A stretch of DNA of 26,435 bases from Desulfobacterales bacterium (GTDB lineage Bacteria > Desulfobacterota > Desulfobacteria > Desulfobacterales > UBA5616). The position numbers and the translations under genes were made by a program. This document shows, one piece after another, positions 15,956 to 23,739 of this stretch. The first letter of the stretch is position 1. Every line of letters starts with the position of its first letter. The notes beneath the pieces are model-generated. The model was not told the origin of the DNA. It did not search any database and saw only the letters and a list, made by a program, of their open reading frames with translations. The stretch spans positions 1 through 26,435 of the forward strand of contig JAWODC010000046.1 in assembly GCA_046483495.1 (NCBI GenBank), read 5' to 3'.

Positions 15956-16882
15956 ATGAAATACTCGATCATAATTCTGCTCGAAGACTGCCATAGTGAC
16001 TTTGCGCACTATATACGAAACCTTCACGGCCTTTTTTCCGGCCGAAAAGAACCGTTCGAAATGATCATCATGGCGAATGGGACGGGAGGCTTTCTGAGGG
16101 ATCAGCTTCCCGGGCTTTCCGACCTGCATCCGGACATCAAAGCGTTTGAAATGACTCCCACCACCCAATCCGCCTGCTTGAAAGGGGGGCTGAAGGAGAG
16201 CACCGGTGACATTATCGTCGTATGCGGTTCCTACCAACAGATCACCAATGCATCTTTTGCCAAATTGTTGGAAGCCCTGGACTCGAAGACAGACCTTATC
16301 AGCCCGTGGCGCCGACGGAGAATCGACGGGGTATTCAGCCGTTTTCAGTCGATGCTGTTCAACTGGATCGTTCGAAAAACGACCCGATTCGACGTTCATG
16401 ATCTCAGCTGTACGGTGAGTGTCTTTCGAAGGGAGGTTCTCGAAGAAACAGAACTTTACGGCGGCATGTACCGCTTTCTTTCTATACTGGCGGATAGGAA
16501 GGGATTTAAAACCAGGGAAATCGAGTGCGAACATTTTCAGGAAAGAGGAAAAAGCGGACTATACCCGTTGTCGGATTATTTGGGAAGACTCCTCGATATA
16601 GTGACGCTGTATTTCAACACGCGGTTTACCAAAAAACCGCTTCGGTTTTTTAGTACAATAGGGGTAGGATTCATCAGTGTCGGCATTCTCATTTTCGGGT
16701 TCGTCCTTTTTGAAAGAGCTTTTTTGAACCAGCTGGTAGGCGATCGCCCGATCCTTCTCATGGCGCTGCTCTCCATGGCAATAGGGGTGCAGGCTGCCGG
16801 CGTCGGTCTGCTTGGAGAGATCATATCATTCACACTGGGAAGGGACCGAAAAGAGTACACGATCGAAAAAATTATCGCTTAA
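15956..16882 (+). CDS. GT2 (ArnC-like) paralog lacking the catalytic Asp motifs
   Basis: Colinear with the preceding GT2 (DLISPWR, HDLSCT, YGGMYRFL, KKPLRFF, two TMs, GLLGEII, YTIEKI), but DDGS is ANGT and DGDLQ is CGSYQQ. Confidence 0.85.
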   Translation: MKYSIIILLEDCHSDFAHYIRNLHGLFSGRKEPFEMIIMANGTGGFLRDQLPGLSDLHPDIKAFEMTPTTQSACLKGGLKESTGDIIVVCGSYQQITNASFAKLLEALDSKTDLISPWRRRRIDGVFSRFQSMLFNWIVRKTTRFDVHDLSCTVSVFRREVLEETELYGGMYRFLSILADRKGFKTREIECEHFQERGKSGLYPLSDYLGRLLDIVTLYFNTRFTKKPLRFFSTIGVGFISVGILIFGFVLFERAFLNQLVGDRPILLMALLSMAIGVQAAGVGLLGEIISFTLGRDRKEYTIEKIIA

Positions 16883-16979
16883 TCGGCCCGACATGTACGG
16901 GAGAAACTCACGCAGTCCCCGAAAACATCGTGACCGGATTATGGATCAAAACGAGGAATAAGAGAAAAAATTCGGGCTT

Positions 16980-17801
16980 ATGATTTTTGTCGACACCCAT
17001 GTTCACATTTATGACCGCTTCGAACTGGGTTTTTTTTTCGATGCCGCATGGAAAAATGCCGATATGGCGCGGCAAAAGCTTGCTCCTTTTCACCCTACAC
17101 TGCTTTTGCTGATGTTAACCGAAGGCTTTGGAATGGCCTGGTTCGAAAGGATTTGCCGATTGATGGAATCCGGGAAAAACCTGAGAGGATGGAAAATTCG
17201 GGAAACAGGCGAAAACTGCTCCTTGATGCTTCAGCGAAAAGAGAACCAGGTAATTTATCTAATTGCAGGCAGCCAGATTCAATCCGCCGAAGGGCTGGAG
17301 GTTCTGGCGCTGGGGACGAAACGTCGATTCGAAGATAACATCGCCATCGAACACCTGATCGACCGGGTAAACGACGCCGGTGCTGTCGCTGTCGTGCCCT
17401 GGGGTTTCGGCAAATGGACCGGGAGAAGAGGAAGGCTTTTGGACCGGCTATTAAACGGTCATTCAGCGAAGTTTCACCTGGGAGACAACGGGGGGCGGCC
17501 GGAATGGTTGGGTACGCCGCGGCCGTTTCAGGCGGCGCTCGAAAAAGGCTTGAAGATCCTGCCCGGCTCCGATCCGCTGGCCTTCGATAATGAATCCGGG
17601 CGAGCAGGATCTTACGGATTTTATTGTGATGAGAACATATCTTCGGAGAAACCGGCGGAATACATCAAACGGCGACTTCGAGACCCTTCTTTCCAAATTG
17701 TTCCCTACGGCAACCGAACCGGTTCCAGCCAATTTATTCGATCGCAGGTTCGCATACAGTTCAACAAGCATTTTGGAAAATCGAACGCGAGACACCAATG
17801 A
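16980..17801 (+). CDS. Divergent PHP/amidohydrolase-fold hypothetical protein
   Basis: DTHVH at the N-terminus, LTE, GSQIQSAEGLEVLALG, GAVAVVPW, C-terminal LPGSD. The motif order matches PHP domains. Confidence 0.65.
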   Translation: MIFVDTHVHIYDRFELGFFFDAAWKNADMARQKLAPFHPTLLLLMLTEGFGMAWFERICRLMESGKNLRGWKIRETGENCSLMLQRKENQVIYLIAGSQIQSAEGLEVLALGTKRRFEDNIAIEHLIDRVNDAGAVAVVPWGFGKWTGRRGRLLDRLLNGHSAKFHLGDNGGRPEWLGTPRPFQAALEKGLKILPGSDPLAFDNESGRAGSYGFYCDENISSEKPAEYIKRRLRDPSFQIVPYGNRTGSSQFIRSQVRIQFNKHFGKSNARHQ

Positions 17802-18994
17802 AGGTTTTGGTCATTTCACCACAGCCCTTTTTTTCGCCAAGGGGAACCCCCTTCAGTGTTTACTACCGCACGTTGGTGACTGCTCAATTGGGTGCAAACG
17901 TGGATCTGCTCACATACGGTGAGGGGCAGGATGTCGAAATTCCAGGAGTCCGGATCGTACGCATTCCCAAATTCGGTTTTCTGGGGAATGTCAAAGTCGG
18001 CCCGTCGTATTTAAAATTGTTTCTGGACATATTTATCGCAGCCTGGTCGATCGCGCTGATGACGAAAAACCGATATGATGTCGTTCACGCGCATGAAGAA
18101 TCGGTATTCTTCTGCCGTTTTTTGAAACCCGTTTTCGGGTTTAAATTAATTTATGACATGCATTCCAGTCTTCCGCAGCAGCTGACCAATTTTAAATTCA
18201 CACGATCGAACATGCTGATCGGCATGTTTAAAAAACTGGAGAATACGGGTTTGCGTTCAGCCGATGCGGTGATTACCATCTGTCCGGATCTGGCGCAGTA
18301 TGTGGATCAAACGGTTTCAAAGAACGGACGCCATTTTCTGATTGAAAATTCCATATTCGAACCTGTCCGCCTTGCCGGACACGATACAGAAGCATTTTCC
18401 GGCAACCACAAGGGCCGGCTGAGTCTCGATCTTCCGAAGGACAGGCGTCTTGTAGTATATGCCGGAACACTGGAACCCTACCAGGGCATCGACATTCTCA
18501 TCGAGGCGTTTTCGAAGGTCGCCGAAACCGTCAGCGATGCGGCCCTGATCATCGTGGGCGGAACCAAGCCACAAGTGACACACTATTCCCATATGGCACA
18601 TAACTTAGGACTGGACGAGCACGTTCATTTCACCGGACGCGTAGAGCCTGCTGTTGCCAAAACGGTTACTGCATCCGCGTCCGTGCTGGTTTCTCCCCGC
18701 TCAGGCGGAACCAACACCCCGCTGAAGGTGTATGAACAAATGGCCTGCGGCATTCCGCTGGTAGCGACCCGCATTCATTCCCATACCCAGGTATTGAATG
18801 ACGCTATCGCCATACTTGTGGAGCCGGAGCCTCAAGCAATGGCCGACGGCATCGTCAAAGCGCTTGAAAAAAGCGACCGAGTGGTACAAATGACCCAAAA
18901 CGCCCGCAAGCATTACGAAAATCATTATTCCCGCAGGATATATGAAGATAAAATGCGGCGCGTCCTGAACGTGGTTGGACCATGTGCGGTATAG
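17798..18994 (+). CDS. Glycosyltransferase family 4
   Basis: MKVLVI, YDVVHAH, IYDMH, VYAGTLEPYQGIDIL, PLKVYEQMACGIPLVAT (GT-B retaining signature). ATGA overlap with the upstream gene. Confidence 0.93.
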   Translation: MKVLVISPQPFFSPRGTPFSVYYRTLVTAQLGANVDLLTYGEGQDVEIPGVRIVRIPKFGFLGNVKVGPSYLKLFLDIFIAAWSIALMTKNRYDVVHAHEESVFFCRFLKPVFGFKLIYDMHSSLPQQLTNFKFTRSNMLIGMFKKLENTGLRSADAVITICPDLAQYVDQTVSKNGRHFLIENSIFEPVRLAGHDTEAFSGNHKGRLSLDLPKDRRLVVYAGTLEPYQGIDILIEAFSKVAETVSDAALIIVGGTKPQVTHYSHMAHNLGLDEHVHFTGRVEPAVAKTVTASASVLVSPRSGGTNTPLKVYEQMACGIPLVATRIHSHTQVLNDAIAILVEPEPQAMADGIVKALEKSDRVVQMTQNARKHYENHYSRRIYEDKMRRVLNVVGPCAV

Positions 18995-20865
18995 CCGGCA
19001 TAGCGGCGTTCAACGATGCTCCCGGTGTCGACGTTCGAGTGCTGGAATCGATGTGCAATACAATCGTTCATCGGGGACCGGATGAAGCCGGTATGGATAT
19101 TCGGGACGGCGTCGCAGTCGGCATGCGCCGTCTGTCCATTATCGACCTCTCTCCGGGGACACAGCCGATTTTCAACGAAGACCGGACCGTAAGAGCCGTA
19201 TTCAATGGTGAAATTTACAATTTCAGACAATTACGGCAAGAACTGAAAGCGCGGGGCCATCGGTTTCGAACCCATACCGACTCCGAGGTTATCGTTCACG
19301 CCTATGAAGAATACGGACCGAATTTTCCAACACATTTAAACGGTATGTTTGCCTTCGCCCTGCACGATTCTTTCAAAAAAAAACTGATCCTTGCACGCGA
19401 CCACATCGGAATCAAGCCGCTGTATTACGCGTTTACCCCAACCCATGTCGTCTGGGGATCAGAAATAAAGGCCGTACTGGCAAGCCGCATGATCGATCGC
19501 AGATTGGATGTGGATGCGCTCGCCGAGTTTCTGGCGTGGGAGTACATTCCCGGGAAGAAAACACTATTCGAAGGAATTCACAAGTTGGAGCCGGGAAATC
19601 TCCTGGAAATCGATCTTTACCGTCCCGCGTGTTCACCCAGGGCGTTTTGGGATGTCCCGATCGGTAATGGGTTCGCCGCAAAATCGTTCAAAGAGTGGCA
19701 AGATGAGATCGACGGCACCTTACAGCGCTGCGTCCAGAGGCAGATGATCAGCGATGTTCCGCTGGGTGCATTTCTCTCGGGAGGAGTGGATTCGTCACTG
19801 GTGGTGGCCTCCATGGGAAATGCCGGTACATTCAGCATCGGATTCGATGATCCCAGCTACAATGAGCTCAAGTGGGCGCGCAAAGTCGCCCGACACCTCG
19901 GATTGGATCACGTCAACGACCTCATTAAACCTGATGTCGCAGGTTTATTCGACACGCTGATGCAGCACATGGATGATCCGATCGGCGACTTTTCGATATT
20001 TCCCACGTATCTGGTCTCCCGCCATGCCCGAAACTATGTCACGGTCGCATTGAGCGGCGACGGCGGCGATGAACTCTTTGGCGGATATGAGACGTATCTG
20101 GCTGACGGCATCGCACGACGCTACAACCTGATGCCGGGCTTCATTCGCAAGCATCTCATCGAACGCACGGTGAAGCTTCTCAAACCGCGCCCGGAAAAAA
20201 AGGGGCTCATCAACAAGGCATTGCGGTTTGTCGAAGGGCTGGAGCAGCCGGACGAGCTCTCCCATGCACGATGGCGGATATTTGCCGGTGAAGCCATTCG
20301 TCACGTCCTGTTTACCCCGGAAGCATTGGCCAAAATCGAAACACCGGCCGGTCATCATATCCTGGACCTGTTTAAACGGGCCGGAAATCGCGATCCCTTG
20401 AACAAAAGCCTTTATGTGGATGTGAAAAGCTACCTGGTGGACAACTGCCTCGTCAAGACGGACCGCATGTCCATGGCGGTTTCACTGGAGGCTCGCGTTC
20501 CTTTCCTGGATACGGAAATGGTGGCGCTTGCCTTCAACATACCCGGACGGCTTAAAGTTGCCGGCGGCGAATCGAAGAAGCTGCTCAAGCGGGTGGCCGC
20601 CGCTCATGTGCCGAAAGAATGCGTCTACCGCCCGAAGGAGGGGTTCAGCATTCCCATGAAAAACTGGCTCGGCACTCGTTTTCTGCCGCTGATGAACAAT
20701 CTCCTTGATAAGAATGATTTAAAAAGCCAGGGACTATTCGAACCCGCAGCCGTCGAGCAGCTGAAAAAAGAGCATCTGGCCGGCATCGCCAACCACAGTC
20801 ACATCCTGTGGTCCCTTATGGTTTTTCAGGATTGGCGGCGCCGGTGGCTTGAAGCACCGATATGA
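18982..20865 (+). CDS. asnB: Asparagine synthase (glutamine-hydrolysing) family amidotransferase
   Basis: MCGIAG Ntn Cys, HRGPD, RRLSIIDL, FNGEIYNF, RDHIGIKPLYY, LSGGVDSS, SGDGGDELFGGY, DRMSMAVSLEARVPFLD, RPKEGF. In this context it probably amidates a sugar or polymer. Confidence 0.95.
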   Translation: MCGIAGIAAFNDAPGVDVRVLESMCNTIVHRGPDEAGMDIRDGVAVGMRRLSIIDLSPGTQPIFNEDRTVRAVFNGEIYNFRQLRQELKARGHRFRTHTDSEVIVHAYEEYGPNFPTHLNGMFAFALHDSFKKKLILARDHIGIKPLYYAFTPTHVVWGSEIKAVLASRMIDRRLDVDALAEFLAWEYIPGKKTLFEGIHKLEPGNLLEIDLYRPACSPRAFWDVPIGNGFAAKSFKEWQDEIDGTLQRCVQRQMISDVPLGAFLSGGVDSSLVVASMGNAGTFSIGFDDPSYNELKWARKVARHLGLDHVNDLIKPDVAGLFDTLMQHMDDPIGDFSIFPTYLVSRHARNYVTVALSGDGGDELFGGYETYLADGIARRYNLMPGFIRKHLIERTVKLLKPRPEKKGLINKALRFVEGLEQPDELSHARWRIFAGEAIRHVLFTPEALAKIETPAGHHILDLFKRAGNRDPLNKSLYVDVKSYLVDNCLVKTDRMSMAVSLEARVPFLDTEMVALAFNIPGRLKVAGGESKKLLKRVAAAHVPKECVYRPKEGFSIPMKNWLGTRFLPLMNNLLDKNDLKSQGLFEPAAVEQLKKEHLAGIANHSHILWSLMVFQDWRRRWLEAPI

Positions 20866-20873
20866 TAGGAAAA

Positions 20874-20943
20874 ACCACAAAGAGCACGAAGATATTTTTT
20901 AATATGTTTCGTTTTTCTTCGTGTTCTTCGTGAACTTCATGGT
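20874..20943. repeat. Palindromic element built from 9-bp CACGAAG/CTTCGTG units
   Basis: Left arm ACCACAAAGAGCACGAAGA. Right arm TCTTCGTGTTCTTCGTGAACTTCATGGT. AT-rich loop. AAAACCACAA recurs at 20951-20960. Confidence 0.7.
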
Positions 20944-21170
20944 GAAGTTAAAAACCACAAGGAAAAAAGCAGGAAATTCGAACTTCGAAGAACCCTGGCC
21001 AGACCGATTTCATTTATTTTTATTTAAACGACGGCTGATTTTAGAAACTTCATTTCTTCTGAAATATTTAGGTTGAGCCGAAACAAACATCCATCCCTCT
21101 TTCGGGCCGTTACAATGCATGAGAATGGGTTTTCTTTCGGTTAAAATCAAACTGGAATGATCAAAAAATT

Positions 21171-22151
21171 ATGGGCAAAACACTGGTAACAGGAGCGACG
21201 GGATTCACCGGGCGACACTTATGCCGCAGGCTCGTAAAAGACGGCCGACAGGTGGTGGCCTTCGTGCGATCCGCTACTGGCGCGGAGTCATTAAAAAGCG
21301 AAGGTGTTGAATGCCGTATGGTCGATATCACCGATCGAAGCGCTGTCCGGGATAATTTCGACGGCATCGACAAAGTGTACCACCTGGCGGCCGCCTATCG
21401 TACCGAGCTCAGCGATAGAACGGAATTCCGGACGGTGAACGTGGAAGGATCCCGGCATCTCCTGGAAGCAGCAAAAGACAATCATGTAAAGCGGTTTGTC
21501 CATTGTTCAACAGTGGGGGTTCAGGGGGAAATCCACAAGCCGCCGGCACATGAAGAGTACAGAACTGAACCCGGGGACCATTACCAGGAATCGAAACTGG
21601 CGGGTGAACGGCTTGCGCTGGAATTTTTTTCAAACGGGCTGCCCGGCACCGTCGTAAGGCCGGTCGGCATTTATGGCCCTGGAGATGTTCGTTTTCTAAA
21701 GATCTTTCGTCCGGTCAGCAAAGGGTACTTTATTATGATCGGCACCGGTAATGTTCTGTACCACATGACCTATATCGATGATCTCGTGGAAGGATTCGTG
21801 CTTGCAGGTGAACATCCGAATGCGATTGGAAACGTTTTCACGATAGCCGGAGAAAAGTATACGACGCTTAAGGAACTGGTTAACATGATAGCCGATGTCA
21901 TAGAAAAGCCAAGGCCGAAATGGCGGGTGCCGTATTTTCCGGTATTGGCGGCAGCCGTTTTGTGCGATAGATTCTGCCGTCCCTTCGGCATCAATCCACC
22001 GCTTTATCCGCGAAGGGTTGAATTTTTCAGCAAGGATCGCGCATTCAGCATCGAAAAAGCAAAAAACATACTCGGCTATTCGCCGCAGGTCGGCCTGTTC
22101 GACGGCCTTAAACGAACCGCCGAATGGTATCGAACCCAGGGGATGATATAA
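21171..22151 (+). CDS. NAD-dependent epimerase/dehydratase (extended SDR)
   Basis: VTGATGFTG, YHLAA, VNVEGS, HCSTVGV, YQESK (YxxxK), RPVGIYGPGD, YIDDLV. Confidence 0.92.
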   Translation: MGKTLVTGATGFTGRHLCRRLVKDGRQVVAFVRSATGAESLKSEGVECRMVDITDRSAVRDNFDGIDKVYHLAAAYRTELSDRTEFRTVNVEGSRHLLEAAKDNHVKRFVHCSTVGVQGEIHKPPAHEEYRTEPGDHYQESKLAGERLALEFFSNGLPGTVVRPVGIYGPGDVRFLKIFRPVSKGYFIMIGTGNVLYHMTYIDDLVEGFVLAGEHPNAIGNVFTIAGEKYTTLKELVNMIADVIEKPRPKWRVPYFPVLAAAVLCDRFCRPFGINPPLYPRRVEFFSKDRAFSIEKAKNILGYSPQVGLFDGLKRTAEWYRTQGMI

Positions 22152-23716
22152 TGCCCGGAATTGCTCGAAATCCCTTACAGGCCGCTCAAAAAAATTTCGA
22201 TATCATTGTTATCGGCGGAGGCATATACGGGGTGATGACGCTGCTGGAGGCTTCGCGGCGCGGGTTACGCGTTCTCCTGTTGGAAAAAGAAGACTTTGGG
22301 CGGCATACGAGCTTCAACAGCCTGCGCATCATCCACGGGGGCCTGCGTTATCTTCAACATCTCGATCTTCCCCGATTCCGCGAATCGGTGGCCGAACGGA
22401 GTTGGTTTCTGAAATGCTTTCCGGATTTCGTTCGGCCGCTGCCCTGTCTGATGCCGCTTTACGGCAATGGCTTGCGCCGTCCGGTTATCCTTCAGACTGC
22501 GATCATGATGAATCACATTCTTTCATATCATCGCAACAATGGACTTTCGCCCGAACGAAAGATGCCCGCCGGAGGAGTAGTAAATGCGGCTGAAACGTGC
22601 ATGCTTTTCCCGAACGTGGTGAAGGAAGGGTTAAAAGGAGCGGCCCTATGGTATGACGCATTCGTTCCCGATTCCCACGCACTCATAATGGAACTGATCA
22701 GAATGTCATGTTACTTCGGCGGATTTGCACTGAACTACGTTGAAGCAGGAGATCTTTTAATCGAAAACGGCAGGGTCGCCGGGGTGAAGGCCATCGATCG
22801 TGAAAACGAAAAAACCTATGAATTCAAATCAAATGTTGTCGTCAATGCCGCCGGGCCCTGGAGCCGCAAAATGGCCGTCCGATATGACCGGGATGAACCG
22901 GCGTTGTTTCGACCGTCATTGGCATGGAACGTACTGCTTACTAAAAAGCCGCCCAGCGAATACGCACTCGCCGTCGCGGCCAATCGGCCTGACAGCCAAC
23001 TTTATTTTCTTGTTCCATGGAACGGCCGCCTGCTGGCCGGCACCGGACATGCCGCCTGGCACGACAGCGTGGATCATCCCGGTGTGCAGGATCATCAACT
23101 GGAAAACTTTTTGGCAAACATCAATGCCGCAGCACCCGGACTCCGGGCCGAAACGAAAGACGTCGTTCATGTATTTAAAGGACTTCTGCCGGTCCGAAAA
23201 TCGGGTTCGACACACCTCACGCATCGGGAGGTTATCCTAACGCACAAAAAAAACGGCGGTCCTGAAGGCCTTTATACGATTTCAGGGATCAAATTCACGA
23301 CCGCCAGACGCGTTGCGGAAAAACTGCTGAGCAGAATATTCGGCGAGCAATTGAAACCCATCCATGAAATCCGGAATGAGCGGCAAGACAGCTTGGGCCA
23401 ATTTCCCGTCGGCTGGAACCCGAACGGACAGCAATGGAAAGAAGATCTGCGCCGGATTATTCGCACACAAGCCGTGCGGCATCTTGACGATTTGATCTTC
23501 AGACGCACTACCCTGTGGCAAGATCCCTCCCTGGCGATGCGGATCGCCTCCGATATCTGCGGCCTTTTTGAATGGGACCAAAACCGCCGGGAAGAAGAAA
23601 CGATACGTCTGAAAACCCATTTCGATTCGTTTGCTTTTTCAACTTTTAAGGAAAAAATGACCTCGCATAACATAACGGCAGAGCAAAATTCTCTGAGATC
23701 GGTCTTAAAAAACTAG
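22151..23716 (+). CDS. FAD-dependent oxidoreductase, glycerol-3-phosphate dehydrogenase/oxidase (GlpD)-like
   Basis: DIIVIGGGIYG, EKEDFG.HTS.NS.RIIHGGLRYL, VVNAAGPW, FLVPW, GIKFTTAR, HLDDLIFRRT. Start set at ATG 22151 (TAATG overlap with the epimerase stop). Confidence 0.88.
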   Translation: MPGIARNPLQAAQKNFDIIVIGGGIYGVMTLLEASRRGLRVLLLEKEDFGRHTSFNSLRIIHGGLRYLQHLDLPRFRESVAERSWFLKCFPDFVRPLPCLMPLYGNGLRRPVILQTAIMMNHILSYHRNNGLSPERKMPAGGVVNAAETCMLFPNVVKEGLKGAALWYDAFVPDSHALIMELIRMSCYFGGFALNYVEAGDLLIENGRVAGVKAIDRENEKTYEFKSNVVVNAAGPWSRKMAVRYDRDEPALFRPSLAWNVLLTKKPPSEYALAVAANRPDSQLYFLVPWNGRLLAGTGHAAWHDSVDHPGVQDHQLENFLANINAAAPGLRAETKDVVHVFKGLLPVRKSGSTHLTHREVILTHKKNGGPEGLYTISGIKFTTARRVAEKLLSRIFGEQLKPIHEIRNERQDSLGQFPVGWNPNGQQWKEDLRRIIRTQAVRHLDDLIFRRTTLWQDPSLAMRIASDICGLFEWDQNRREEETIRLKTHFDSFAFSTFKEKMTSHNITAEQNSLRSVLKN

Positions 23717-23739
23717 ACTGATAAGCGCTTATCCAAAAA

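Noticed and set aside
15779..16534. 251-aa antisense ORF, and the many other short ORFs nested in EPS genes
   Set aside because: They overlap well-supported genes and show no recognisable motifs. Expected shadow ORFs.
20871..20962. CRISPR interpretation of the short repeats
   Set aside because: Units are 9 bp, inverted and without unique spacers. No cas genes are present.
22124..22150. Upstream start of the GlpD-like gene
   Set aside because: ATG 22151 gives a TAATG coupling with the epimerase and a normal distance to the GxGxxG motif.
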